This document shows, piece by piece, positions 39,303-49,301 of a stretch of 64,000 nt of DNA; the first letter of the stretch is position 1; every line of letters starts with the position of its first letter. The stretch is from an uncultured virus (IMG/VR IMGVR_UViG_3300041405_000133). Taxonomy: Duplodnaviria > Heunggongvirae > Uroviricota > Caudoviricetes. Location of the stretch: positions 62,001 through 126,000 of the IMG/VR virus record IMGVR_UViG_3300041405_000133. One strand, 5' to 3'. The notes beneath the pieces were generated by a model. That model saw only the letters and a program-made list of their open reading frames with translations, had not been told where the DNA came from and made no database searches. The translations under genes were made by a program, and so were the position numbers.

Positions 39303-41432
39303 ATGGCTAACGATAACCCGTTCCTCTTACCAATAGAGGAATACAAACGTGACATCGATGTCAAGAAAGGCTATATCCAACAAGTAGCCAAGTATCTTTC
39401 ACTTCAGCTCAAACTCCCTTACGAGAACACGCTGAAGTACGTCCTTAAGAAAGTAGCTAAGGGCGGCATGTTTGCATTCAAAGATCCTGCAATGCAGCAG
39501 TTGATCAAGAAAGCACGCGGTCACCGGGTTGAGGATGAAACTACCTTCCTCGGTTACATCGAAGAGATTCGTGAATCTGGTCGTATCGTTTCCCCATCGC
39601 TGGTGGTTTACGAGCGTCCAGAAGTAGAACGTTCCGTTACAGCTGAATGGCTGGACGACAACATCGCGGCTCGTAAGAAGTCGAAGAAAGCGATGTTTGA
39701 ATTGAAACAGATCGGTGAACTGATGAAGTCTGCGCTCGCGGACTATGACCAGAACGCCCGTAAGATCCGTATCAACTCCGTATCCGGTATGCGTGGCTTT
39801 GAAGGTAACCCAATCTTCTTGGCAACCGGTCACTCCAGTCTGACATCCATGTGCCGGGCAGCAGCGGGGTACGGTAACGCCACTGTTGAAAGATTCATGG
39901 CGGGGTCGAAGCATTACCATACGCCAGAGATAGCCAAAGCCAACTTGACGGCCATCACGACTATCGAACAGATGAGTCGGGTTCAGTTGGTGATTGACGA
40001 ATACAACCTCGTGTATCCAACTGTGGATGACGTGGTAGCCATGGTTGAGCGTTCTACCAGCCTGTACTGGGATATCCCTCACGAGATGGCTTTGATCCGT
40101 CAGATGGCAGAAGGGATGACTCCACTTGAGCGTGCCACCGTTTGCTACTCGGGTGACATGTACCACTTGGCTAAGTTCAACCCTGAAGTTGTTAAGAACC
40201 TGATGGGCGAAATGATTGCCATCAATATCGAAGACATGGAAGACGTTGATACTGACGCCATCCTGATGACTGTCGATACCACGGCCATCGCTTACATCAA
40301 CGCCCTGTGTGCAAACATCCTGAAAGGTAGTACGCACAAGCTGGTTAAAGAGAACAACCCGGCAGGTTGGCAGGTTATCGGTCGTACAGCACAACGCTTT
40401 AAAGAAGCCTCTGCGAAGTACGCAACCCTGATCACTAACCTATTTGCGCCTAAGCATCTTCCGCCGACTGTAGCCGCTCTCAAGGGCATTCAGCGCCGTG
40501 TATGTCTGGCAGCAGATACCGACTCCTCCATCTTCAGTACCGAATACTGGGTTGAGTGGTATACCGGCAGCATGAAGCGTGGGGAAGTAGAGGACCGTAT
40601 CTGGTATCTCGCCACCTACATGTCTTGCCAGTGCATTGCGCACAGTCTGGCAATGTTGTCGGCAAACGTCGGTGTGGAACGTTCGCAACTCTTCCGTCTG
40701 GCAATGAAGAATGAGTACGCCTTCCCGGTGTTTGCTCTGACCAACCTTGCTAAGCACTACTTCTCCTTCATGTCCATGCGGGAAGGTAACGTTTACGAAG
40801 AGAACGAGCTGGAGATCAAGGGTGTAGAGCTGCGCGGTTCTACTGCACCTAAGCACATCTTGAAAGCGGCTGAGGAGATGATGGAGAACATCGCTACTCA
40901 CGTCAATGAAGGTCGGAAGATGAATGCGGGTAAACTCCTGCGGTTCGTTGCCGATCACGAGATTGAAACGATCCAGTCCATTAAGCGTGGGGAATACAAA
41001 TACCTGCGTTCCGCTCAGATCAAGCCGGACAGTAACAAGATGCTTCACCACGAACTGTGGCAAGAAGTGTTTGCTCCTAAGTACGGTGAATCGGTTAATC
41101 CTCCGTATCCATGCGTTAAGATCACTTCTGAGCTGTCTAACAAGACGAAGACTCAGGAATGGTTGGCGGGTATGGAAGATCAGGAGCTGGCCAAGCGAAT
41201 GGCTGCGTGGATGGTCAAGTGGAACCGTAAAGAGATCACTACCTTCTATCTACCAACCATGGTGATCAAGAACGGTGGTCTTCCTATCGAACTACAGGAA
41301 GCTGCAAACGTCCGGAAGTTGGCCTATCAGATCAACTCAGGCTTCTACCGGATCTTGGAGTCTACTGGTCTTCATCTGGTGGATCGGAATAACTACCGTC
41401 TAATCTACGACTTCTTGGGACTTACTGCATGA
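39303..41432 (+). CDS. Family B DNA polymerase, polymerase-domain subunit (phiKZ gp50-like split polymerase)
   Basis: Q...K...NSVSG (motif B), ADTDS (motif C), KHY and EIKGVELR. Confidence 0.88.
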   Translation: MANDNPFLLPIEEYKRDIDVKKGYIQQVAKYLSLQLKLPYENTLKYVLKKVAKGGMFAFKDPAMQQLIKKARGHRVEDETTFLGYIEEIRESGRIVSPSLVVYERPEVERSVTAEWLDDNIAARKKSKKAMFELKQIGELMKSALADYDQNARKIRINSVSGMRGFEGNPIFLATGHSSLTSMCRAAAGYGNATVERFMAGSKHYHTPEIAKANLTAITTIEQMSRVQLVIDEYNLVYPTVDDVVAMVERSTSLYWDIPHEMALIRQMAEGMTPLERATVCYSGDMYHLAKFNPEVVKNLMGEMIAINIEDMEDVDTDAILMTVDTTAIAYINALCANILKGSTHKLVKENNPAGWQVIGRTAQRFKEASAKYATLITNLFAPKHLPPTVAALKGIQRRVCLAADTDSSIFSTEYWVEWYTGSMKRGEVEDRIWYLATYMSCQCIAHSLAMLSANVGVERSQLFRLAMKNEYAFPVFALTNLAKHYFSFMSMREGNVYEENELEIKGVELRGSTAPKHILKAAEEMMENIATHVNEGRKMNAGKLLRFVADHEIETIQSIKRGEYKYLRSAQIKPDSNKMLHHELWQEVFAPKYGESVNPPYPCVKITSELSNKTKTQEWLAGMEDQELAKRMAAWMVKWNRKEITTFYLPTMVIKNGGLPIELQEAANVRKLAYQINSGFYRILESTGLHLVDRNNYRLIYDFLGLTA

Positions 41433-41632
41433 GACAGAAAGCTGCTGCATTTATCACAGGTATCACAATCAAACGCGGTAAGTTTGGTCATGGTGAATGC
41501 GGCAGCATTTCGTTCCATGTCTTTGACGAACCGATGACTATGGCAATGGCGTCTTGTCTCGTGTTCATTCGCGAGAAGATGATCCAAAGCGTTTACGGCA
41601 GTCTGGTGTCGGGTGAATACAATGGCAATTAA
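41429..41632 (+). CDS. Small hypothetical protein
   Basis: 67 aa. ATGA overlap with the polymerase stop. Confidence 0.5.
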   Translation: MRQKAAAFITGITIKRGKFGHGECGSISFHVFDEPMTMAMASCLVFIREKMIQSVYGSLVSGEYNGN

Positions 41633-42059
41633 AACAATGGTTGGCTTTGATTTCCCAGTCGGTGGGTTCAAACCAAATGAAGGTGGGTTACAGTTCAATT
41701 CTACCCCTCCAGCAAATATACACTGGGGGCAGCAAACTGTATACGGTCCGATGTTCTCAGGTAAGAAACTGTTCGAGCTGAAAGCAACGCACGGCTTACC
41801 TCTGGATGTGGCTATCAGCAAGATCTTTGATGACAGCCTGCAAACTCGCATCGATTGGGCTGAATTCATCGAGACTGCCCGATCTAACGGCTGGTGGGAT
41901 TATCAGACAATCGAGGTTATGGAAATAGCCTTGACCGATGCCGATGTCCGTCGTGAATATCGCGACGAGGTATTGCAAAGGGTCAAGATGTATATGCTGG
42001 CCAATCCAATCGACATAGCCACCGCTTTGGTGGCCAAGGGTGATAGCAATGATCGGTAA
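41622..42059 (+). CDS. Small protein with alanyl-tRNA-synthetase-like helical segment
   Basis: SGKKLFELKATHGLPLDV...IDWAEF resembles AlaRS G..AF.LYDTYGFP.D...VD..GF. Confidence 0.6.
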   Translation: MAIKTMVGFDFPVGGFKPNEGGLQFNSTPPANIHWGQQTVYGPMFSGKKLFELKATHGLPLDVAISKIFDDSLQTRIDWAEFIETARSNGWWDYQTIEVMEIALTDADVRREYRDEVLQRVKMYMLANPIDIATALVAKGDSNDR

Positions 42060-42180
42060 TATCCTTATCGGTACTAATAGTCTTCCATTGGGCGCTCCTG
42101 TGCCCGGCGTTACTGAAGCTATCCCAGAACCGGAAGTAGCTGAAGAACCTACCGAAGAAGTTGAACCGGTAGACGAGTAA
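42049..42180 (+). CDS. Acidic micro-protein (43 aa; absent from the ORF track)
   Basis: AAGGG RBS. MIGNILIGTNSLPLGAPVPGVTEAIPEPEVAEEPTEEVEPVDE. Ends at a terminator. Confidence 0.5.
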   Translation: MIGNILIGTNSLPLGAPVPGVTEAIPEPEVAEEPTEEVEPVDE

Positions 42181-42182
42181 AC

Positions 42183-42221
42183 GGCATACAGAGCGGGGCA
42201 GTGCCCCGCTCTGTTTTATGC
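42183..42221. terminator. Bidirectional terminator
   Basis: GGCATACAGAGCGGGGC-AGT-GCCCCGCTCTG-TTTTATGC. Confidence 0.8.
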
Positions 42222-43301
42222 TGCTGGCAGTCTTTCCACAACCATCCTTACAAGGCGCTCAGACAAGTAACCCGAGGCAGCCCCAGTAAGGCCATTGTCA
42301 AATGTCTTCTCTTCTTTGATCTGGATGAGAGTGCGTCTGAGAATGGTTGTTTCCTTGAGGATGCGGTCGTAACCACTCTTCTCAGCAAATGCCAGCATTA
42401 CAGCTACAGCATCCATCTTCTGCGCCATCAGTGCCCACTCTACCTGATAGGTAGGAGTCATGGATGGAAGACAAACGGTGTCGAGGTAGTTGCTACCGAA
42501 GATAGCTGGAATAGAAGCCATCATCTGCCCACCAGTCATGGCCTTAGCCGAGACCTTACTGTAGACATCAACCACAATAGCTTGAGCTGGGTCATTCACA
42601 GAGGTTTGACCGAATGGCAGGTTGGTCTTGACATCGCAGCTTTCACGAATACCCAAGTGAACCATCAACTTATTGAACAGAGCCACGTTAAGGTGACTCT
42701 TAATCAGGTTGAGCAGAACAACCTGGGTCAGGAAGGCTTCGATCAACTTACCCGGATTAGCCGCCTGCCACATCTTCCATTGAGCAGCCAACAGAGGGAT
42801 GTCGATGTTGATGACCGCTAAGTCTGGCTTCTCGATGTCGATGGAGTTCATCACACCGAGTTCGACCATCGTCATGTCGCTGATTGGGTGATTGACTACA
42901 GTGACCGGCTCAAGGTCCTGCCATCCACGCCAAAGGTCCATGATCGTGTACGACTCATCGCGAGAGTACATAATGATCTCAGGGCAGCCCGGATAGAAGA
43001 CGCCTTCTGTGAATAGGGTCCCTTTGCTGAAGCTGGCCGCAATGCCCAGTCCAGAACACATCCGTCTGGCCGCTATCTCGCAGTCAGCCATGTACTTGAC
43101 CAGATCCCCTGTGAACTCGACATTGAGGTTCAGAAGGATCTTAGCTAATAGATGAGAGCTGTCGACACGACCTGGATAACTACCGCGTTCGGTTACGTAC
43201 TTCTTGTAGTTCTCGCTAACCCTCCCACGCAGATAGTCCATCCGGGGGAATTGGAAAGGCGAATTCTCAAACCGGGTTGTCCGATTAAGTAACTGATACA
43301 T
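42216..43301 (-). CDS. Conserved protein divergent from chimallin (phiKZ gp52/53-like position)
   Basis: 361 aa. Syntenic position. Confidence 0.65.
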   Translation of the reverse strand: MYQLLNRTTRFENSPFQFPRMDYLRGRVSENYKKYVTERGSYPGRVDSSHLLAKILLNLNVEFTGDLVKYMADCEIAARRMCSGLGIAASFSKGTLFTEGVFYPGCPEIIMYSRDESYTIMDLWRGWQDLEPVTVVNHPISDMTMVELGVMNSIDIEKPDLAVINIDIPLLAAQWKMWQAANPGKLIEAFLTQVVLLNLIKSHLNVALFNKLMVHLGIRESCDVKTNLPFGQTSVNDPAQAIVVDVYSKVSAKAMTGGQMMASIPAIFGSNYLDTVCLPSMTPTYQVEWALMAQKMDAVAVMLAFAEKSGYDRILKETTILRRTLIQIKEEKTFDNGLTGAASGYLSERLVRMVVERLPAA

Positions 43302-43453
43302 TTTAATGTCCCGGATAGATGGTTGCGTAAAAAGTTACACATGTTCACTATTATATAGTAGATCCCTCGAAGACATTCGTAACCCGAATGTCTCGACAGC
43401 GTCTGCTACCCCAGTACGCTGTTTAGAGTCATTTCATTTGGACCGCGACCAAC

Positions 43454-43550
43454 AAATTTCTGGTGATACATTATCATCGTGCATATAGAAACACGCTGAT
43501 GGAAATGAATCTAAAAACATTACAGGTATACATTACCGTAGTGAATATAA
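43454..43550 (+). promoter_or_regulatory. Tandem putative early promoters of chmA
   Basis: TACATTAT at 43467-43474 and TACATTAC at 43529-43536, each with an upstream AAA. Confidence 0.65.
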
Positions 43551-43777
43551 CCAGTAGATAAGGAAAGTCGAAGTGATCTAAGTAAAAAGTCACACAGCAA
43601 CAGAATCTTAAGACCCGTAGCGTAAAGCCGGTTTAGTGCAACCGGTTCAAGCCCGTGCTATTCACGACGGTGGGTATTGCCGGGAATCCCTGATAGCGAT
43701 AAGGGTAATAGTACCGTAATTGCCAGTTAGGCACCATCGCAATAAATGTGTACACAAAATCTTTAGGAGTAGCACCA

Positions 43778-45796
43778 GTGAGCAAAGAAAACGGTAACGA
43801 CGGCTTCGAAATGAAAGATGACGCCCCAGCCCCACGCGCCGAAGCTCCAGCATCTGAGCGCCGTGAAGAACGTCGCGAAGAGCCACGTCGTGAAGAACGC
43901 AATACCCGCCGCGATCGCGATGAGCGTGAAGAAGGCGAAGAACGTGCGTTCACGATTGCGGACATCGGCCGTACCCTGAACGTCCGTCCATCCAGCGGTG
44001 GCCTGAGCGATGCTGCTCTGTCCGCACTCATGGCTGCGTTCGAGAAGAACAAGGCGTTCGACAAACCGAACCTGCCTGATGCAATCAAGCGCGACCGCTT
44101 CAAAGTGATTCCGCTGGACGGCTCCCTGGCCAAGTCCTCGCTGAACTCGCTGCTGGTAACTTTGCCAATCGTCATCGGCGCTGGCAAGGCAACTCTGGTT
44201 TACGTTCTGACCATCGAACCGGCCGGTGGCCACGGTACTCGCAGTCAGGTCGATCGCGGCACCACTTACGATGCGATCGTTCTGCCTGAAGACCAACTGG
44301 CTACCAAGCCGTACAAACGCGCCATCGAAGATCAGGTCTCCGGCCTGAACAAAGATGCCAAGGTTGTGGTGATCGGTTCGCAGGTTCTGCTGTCGTCGGT
44401 TGTAGCGAAGCTGAACAAAGAAGAAAACAGCGCCGTCGTCGATCGTATCTTCGACAACGCCCTGGACGCACTGTGCGGCTACCGCGAAAACCTGGTCGAC
44501 AAGGCCGGTGGTTCCCGCAACAGCGCCTTCCGTATCAGCCCGAAAATGATCGGCCGCACTGGCCGTCTGGAAACCACCTGGAACTACAGCGGTCAACCGG
44601 GCGAAGATAGCTCGGGTCAGCCGATCCGTTCCGACTGCACCGGTAACCTGTTCTACAGCGAAGCCAGCAACGAAGACGACAACCAGTACGATCGTACCCC
44701 AATGGGCGAAATCCGTGCCGGTATCGACCTCTTCCTGGCCGACAACCGTGAACAATCCAGCGGTCCATCCTTCTCGCGCCGTCGCAAGTCGCAAGAAGAA
44801 GGCGAACCGTTCATCCAGGCCGTTCTGAACATCACCTCGATCGCTCCGGCGCCGAACTTCCCGTTCTCTCTGGAACTGGCACTGCTGCTGTTGGCTCAGG
44901 CCAACCTGCAATCGAACGACTACCGCTGGGCTTCCCAGCTGCGTCCTCGCACTGCAATCAGCAATCCAGATGGCACCGGCGTGATGAAGCCTACCAGCAA
45001 CATCAACTGCCTGCACCTGCTGAACCCGAACCGCGACTTCGCCAAGATCTTCGACGACGTGTCTCCGAACATGGACGACAACGATCTGAGTGATTACCTC
45101 GCGTTCACGGTCTTCCCGAAACTGGCCATCGGCATGATGATCCCAAGCTCGGGCGAGAAGTCCTCGGTTCTGTCGATCTTCGAAAGCATCGCGACCACTC
45201 GCGATACCGACGTTGCTCGTCGCCACACCAAGACGCTGTTCGAAGCTGCCGACGTTCTGTCGGGCAACCGCTTCAGCCGCGCCTACAAGGACCTGGCTGG
45301 TTCCACCGACGTAGCTCCAGTGCGTTCGATGGGTACTCGTCAGCTGATCGGCACCTGGGTTGATAACCAAGGCAACGTGCGCGACCTGCGCGAATGGAAC
45401 GTTCAGTCTCTCCTCACCGAAGTTGGCGAGAAGAACATCGATCTGGTTACTGACTTCCAGTACACCTACGAGAACGATCGCAACACCGTGGACTTCTGCC
45501 TGGCAGAACGTCTGGGCTACCTCCAGAAGGTTGTTCCGGGCATCCGCGTTACCACCACCGCTCCGCTGCTGGGCTTCGAGCCTGACTTCCTCGAGGCGCT
45601 GTCGCGCTCCCTGGACGCAGCTGACATGTCGAGCTACATGACTGCCGAAGGTGGTCTGAACACTCGTCGTCACGTTGGTGGCAGCAACTGGTCGCAGCTG
45701 GCAACTTCCGACATCGGCATCAGCCGTCGTCGTGGTTCCGACCGCACCACCGCTGATCGTGGCCGTGGTGGTCTGTTCGACACCATCGACTACTAA
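43778..45796 (+). CDS. chmA: Chimallin, major nuclear shell protein (phiKZ gp54-like)
   Basis: About 672 aa from GTG 43778 (AGGAG RBS). Extreme codon bias and G.PIRSD motif. Immediately upstream of nvRNAP beta' as in all chimalliviruses. Confidence 0.88.
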   Translation: MSKENGNDGFEMKDDAPAPRAEAPASERREERREEPRREERNTRRDRDEREEGEERAFTIADIGRTLNVRPSSGGLSDAALSALMAAFEKNKAFDKPNLPDAIKRDRFKVIPLDGSLAKSSLNSLLVTLPIVIGAGKATLVYVLTIEPAGGHGTRSQVDRGTTYDAIVLPEDQLATKPYKRAIEDQVSGLNKDAKVVVIGSQVLLSSVVAKLNKEENSAVVDRIFDNALDALCGYRENLVDKAGGSRNSAFRISPKMIGRTGRLETTWNYSGQPGEDSSGQPIRSDCTGNLFYSEASNEDDNQYDRTPMGEIRAGIDLFLADNREQSSGPSFSRRRKSQEEGEPFIQAVLNITSIAPAPNFPFSLELALLLLAQANLQSNDYRWASQLRPRTAISNPDGTGVMKPTSNINCLHLLNPNRDFAKIFDDVSPNMDDNDLSDYLAFTVFPKLAIGMMIPSSGEKSSVLSIFESIATTRDTDVARRHTKTLFEAADVLSGNRFSRAYKDLAGSTDVAPVRSMGTRQLIGTWVDNQGNVRDLREWNVQSLLTEVGEKNIDLVTDFQYTYENDRNTVDFCLAERLGYLQKVVPGIRVTTTAPLLGFEPDFLEALSRSLDAADMSSYMTAEGGLNTRRHVGGSNWSQLATSDIGISRRRGSDRTTADRGRGGLFDTIDY

Positions 45797-45818
45797 GTCG
45801 GCAGATGCGGTAAACTGA

Positions 45819-45859
45819 CACGGGAGGAGGGGCAACCCTCCTCCTGTTTCTTTTTTCTT
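45819..45859 (+). terminator. Rho-independent terminator
   Basis: GGAGGAGGG-GCAA-CCCTCCTCC plus T tract. Confidence 0.8.
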
Positions 45860-45876
45860 TATCTGCGAGAAGCGCC

Positions 45877-47367
45877 ATGGATTTGATTAATTACGATATC
45901 TACGAGCCACGTCAGCGTTATCCGGGGCGTAAGGGTATCTATCCAGTCATTGAAGACTTCGACCTGATGTTCAAGAACTTGAGCATTAAGCCGATGTTGG
46001 CAAACGACCTGGATCTCGAAACAGATGAAGGTAAACAGCGGTTCAACGATCTGGTCTACACCAAGTACGATGGTGACGTGTTCTCCAACGTGCCGGCGTG
46101 TCCATGCCGTAAGACTTCTGGTGGTAGCCGTATTCATGACAACTGTATTCACTGCGGTTATGAAGTACTGCCAATTACAGAGCAAACTATCGAACCTATC
46201 GTCTGGGTAAGGGCACCTGACGAAGTTCCTGGGTTCATCAACTTGACAATCTACCGGTTGCTCAAGGCCCGATTCACCAAGTCCTCATTCAGCGTCTTCG
46301 ACTACATCCTTGATCCAAAGTACCGACCTCCTAAGCTTAACAGCAAAGAAGAGCGTCTTATTGAAGCGATCGTACCTACTCGTGGGTTGGTCTACTTCCA
46401 TAAGCACTTCGATGAGATCATGTCCAAGTTGTGCGCAATCAGGCACTTCGTAACAGCGGCCAAAGCTGCTAGCACGATGCGTTTCATTGATATCCACAAA
46501 CACCTGATCTTCTGCCGCTACATGCCGTTCCCATCCAAGATTGGTTTCATCGTCGAAGATGTGGGCGACCGTACGTACGTCGATCCAAAGATGGCGCCCG
46601 CACTGGATGCGCTCATCTGTCTTGGCAAAGTAGCATCGGCCAAGCGCATTTCTCTGTACGATCTTGAATCCCGGATCGCACGGTCAAGCAATAAGCTCTG
46701 CACCTATTACTCTGGTAACGAGCACCTCAAAATCTTTGACAAGAAAGGAGTATTGCGAAAACTGGTTTACGGTGTATCGCCGCACTTTACGTTCCGTACG
46801 GTAATCACCTCGAACCACAAACCTCACGATCACGAGTCTCTCGAGATTCCATGGGGTTCAGCAGTTCTGACGTTTAAGCTCCACATCGCGAACAAGCTAC
46901 GGAAGGAGAAGTATACTCCTAACGAAATCTTGACGCTGGTCTACGATAACGTTCTTCGGACGCACCACCGCATTGAGAAGATCTTCGACGAGCTGATCGC
47001 CGAATCTCCAGGCGGTCGAGGGATGATGGCAGGCTTTACGCGGTTCCCATCGCTTAAGCGTGGTTCTACGCAAGGCTTCTACATCGATACGATCAAACGC
47101 GATCCTACCCAATTGAGTACATCCATCTCTGTATTGACGCTGGTAGCGCCCAACGCCGACTTCGATGGTGACTACATGTCTGGACAATTGGCACTGGATA
47201 ACGTGACAGCAAGGGCTTTCGAGCGCCTGAAACCAAGTACTGGGTTCATGGATCTCAAGAAGGTCTTCGGAGTGAGTAACCACGCAAACATACCTGCGCC
47301 GGTTATCTCTACAATCAACGCACGTATTGAGGAAGGAAACGACCTATCAGTACCCATGGGAGATTGA
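45877..47367 (+). CDS. Non-virion RNA polymerase beta'-like catalytic subunit (phiKZ gp55/56.1-like), uninterrupted
   Basis: Zn site CPC...CIHC, KKGVLRK, R.VIT, RFPSL and NADFDGD. Confidence 0.92.
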   Translation: MDLINYDIYEPRQRYPGRKGIYPVIEDFDLMFKNLSIKPMLANDLDLETDEGKQRFNDLVYTKYDGDVFSNVPACPCRKTSGGSRIHDNCIHCGYEVLPITEQTIEPIVWVRAPDEVPGFINLTIYRLLKARFTKSSFSVFDYILDPKYRPPKLNSKEERLIEAIVPTRGLVYFHKHFDEIMSKLCAIRHFVTAAKAASTMRFIDIHKHLIFCRYMPFPSKIGFIVEDVGDRTYVDPKMAPALDALICLGKVASAKRISLYDLESRIARSSNKLCTYYSGNEHLKIFDKKGVLRKLVYGVSPHFTFRTVITSNHKPHDHESLEIPWGSAVLTFKLHIANKLRKEKYTPNEILTLVYDNVLRTHHRIEKIFDELIAESPGGRGMMAGFTRFPSLKRGSTQGFYIDTIKRDPTQLSTSISVLTLVAPNADFDGDYMSGQLALDNVTARAFERLKPSTGFMDLKKVFGVSNHANIPAPVISTINARIEEGNDLSVPMGD

Positions 47368-47368
47368 C

Positions 47369-47995
47369 ATGGCTTACATCGTAAGTGCTGATGATGACGT
47401 AATCCATGCTGCCACTCACGGTATCATGGACAGGGATGACTTGAGCTTCCTGCGAGATCGCATGGACAGCGCAATGACATCTGCTGGCGGATATGCATCC
47501 AGCTTCTTAAAGGCGGCTAGCGACAGGCTGGCTAACTTCGATCTCGGCCGTCTGCGGGATCGCGTGAGTGGCCTACGCGACAGGTTTGGTAAACGGTGGG
47601 ACGAGGATCGTATCGTTCTTCTGACAACTCGTGAAGGGTTGCGTAATGCCAAGCCGAAGATGCGTCGAGCAGCAATGGCCGAACCAAGAACCCGACTTCT
47701 CTGGCAACAGGGACGCTTGGAAGGCTATGGCGAGCTTTACGAAGACGAAGAACCAGGCATGATTGGTCGAGACCATACGCCGTACCGTGAAATCATGAAC
47801 GGTGCGTACGTTAGTCAAGACATTCCAGATGAAGATCACTACGTGACCTACCTTCTGGTACAGGACGAACATGGTGATGAACCATTTACGTTCAATGAGA
47901 AAGACATGACCCGTCATGGGACATGGGCAGCTCAGCGTGGCTTCATCGACGAAGGCAAGCAAGATCCACTCAGCCCGATTGGTAACACACTGTAA
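47369..47995 (+). CDS. Conserved hypothetical protein of the chmA block
   Basis: GGAG RBS before ATG 47369. About 208 aa, C-terminal DPLSP. Confidence 0.7.
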   Translation: MAYIVSADDDVIHAATHGIMDRDDLSFLRDRMDSAMTSAGGYASSFLKAASDRLANFDLGRLRDRVSGLRDRFGKRWDEDRIVLLTTREGLRNAKPKMRRAAMAEPRTRLLWQQGRLEGYGELYEDEEPGMIGRDHTPYREIMNGAYVSQDIPDEDHYVTYLLVQDEHGDEPFTFNEKDMTRHGTWAAQRGFIDEGKQDPLSPIGNTL

Positions 47996-48056
47996 AACGT
48001 AGAGCCCGGTGAAAGCCGGGCTTTATGCCCTTTATTTTTGCCAGGAGTAACGATAC

Positions 48057-48593
48057 ATGTTTCTAGTTAAAGGGATACTCCCTACGGCGCGTGATAAGAA
48101 CAGCGCATTCACGGAGATACTTCTCGAAGGTTCAAACTTCGATACGCGTGAGGATATCCTTCCAGAGCTCGGCATTGCCCTCAGTACAACTGATGCACCG
48201 ATTACTTGGGAAGATGCCCACGGGTACGTAAGTGTCTTACGTGGATACGGTAAAGAACTCATCGTGTACTACGTCACCTTTAAGTTCGATACCCATGAAT
48301 TCGGTGCAGAAGAGTTTGCGTTACTCGATGGACATCGGGTAGCCGAAAGGATTGGAATGATAGTTGCAGGGCAGGTAGAGGACGACGACCGGCCAGCAGC
48401 TATTTACTTCATGGAGGGGGTGATTCAAGAACTAAACTTTAAACCGCATATTGAAGGGGTATGGCGTGACCGATGCTTCGGTGCAGCTTTCTTCATACCC
48501 GGTGCAAGACGTGGAAGACCTTTGAAACAACCACCTAATGATCCAGGAGCTGAACATGTCGAAACACGTAGGGGAATACACGACCCGCTGTGA
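48057..48593 (+). CDS. Hypothetical protein
   Basis: 178 aa with AGGAG RBS. More AT-rich codon usage. Confidence 0.65.
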   Translation: MFLVKGILPTARDKNSAFTEILLEGSNFDTREDILPELGIALSTTDAPITWEDAHGYVSVLRGYGKELIVYYVTFKFDTHEFGAEEFALLDGHRVAERIGMIVAGQVEDDDRPAAIYFMEGVIQELNFKPHIEGVWRDRCFGAAFFIPGARRGRPLKQPPNDPGAEHVETRRGIHDPL

Positions 48594-48774
48594 AATCGCT
48601 TTAGCTATCCTTAGCATGGAAGAGGATAACGCTCTAACCCATGAGCAAGGGGATGTCCTCGTTGTAGCCACAATGGAAGCCCCAGATGACGCCGTGCTGA
48701 ATATCTCGTTAGCCGATACAGGTTACCTAGTCACATTCAAGTCCGGTAAGACAACAATAACCGTAGAGCCGTAA
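48556..48774 (+). CDS. Small hypothetical protein
   Basis: AGGAG RBS before ATG 48556. Ends at a terminator. Confidence 0.6.
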   Translation: MSKHVGEYTTRCEIALAILSMEEDNALTHEQGDVLVVATMEAPDDAVLNISLADTGYLVTFKSGKTTITVEP

Positions 48775-48866
48775 GCAGCATAAACACGGGGAGCTTCGGC
48801 TCCCTGCTGTCCTACTTCTTTTTTTTTGTCCAAATAGGATGTCCGATTCTATTAGGCAGATCCGCT

Positions 48867-49292
48867 ATGGCCATTAAAGTAGCAACTCTAGGTAAGGCTG
48901 GTTGTGTCGAAGATATTGATCTCAAGATCGATTACATGATGTGCTGTTACTTCTTTTCGAAATACAGCCAGACAACCTACTTCAAAGACAACGTACACTC
49001 GCTTACAAAGGTCATACAGCAATACGGCAACGATCCCTTCGCCATTGCCGAGAAGTTGAAGTCAGACCTCTACAGCTTCCTCTCAGAAGGTTTCAGCAGC
49101 GTTACTCTGGAAGTTACTTTGGACACCACAACGGTGGGTCCAGGTATTTCTTTACTAATCGAGGGAATAGTAAGCGACGGAGACAGCATCGATGTAGAAT
49201 CACGAAGCATCGGATACGCTCTCACCGCCAAAGATTCCATGTTGAAAACAATCCTCAACACCAACAGTGGTACAACACTGTACTCCTCCTAA
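48867..49292 (+). CDS. Conserved hypothetical protein (chmA block)
   Basis: 141 aa. ATLG..G.V...K.DY.M...F.S.YSQT pattern. Confidence 0.65.
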   Translation: MAIKVATLGKAGCVEDIDLKIDYMMCCYFFSKYSQTTYFKDNVHSLTKVIQQYGNDPFAIAEKLKSDLYSFLSEGFSSVTLEVTLDTTTVGPGISLLIEGIVSDGDSIDVESRSIGYALTAKDSMLKTILNTNSGTTLYSS

Positions 49293-49301
49293 GGAAGACC
49301 C

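Noticed and set aside
43763..45835. 690-aa antisense ORF over chimallin, and similar ORFs over 7889-9265, 18233-20338, 20614-22086, 22401-23930, 33213-34397, 55218-56849 and 60831-62576
   Set aside because: Same shadow effect. They coincide with real genes and show the V/D/H/Q-rich composition of reverse-complemented codons.
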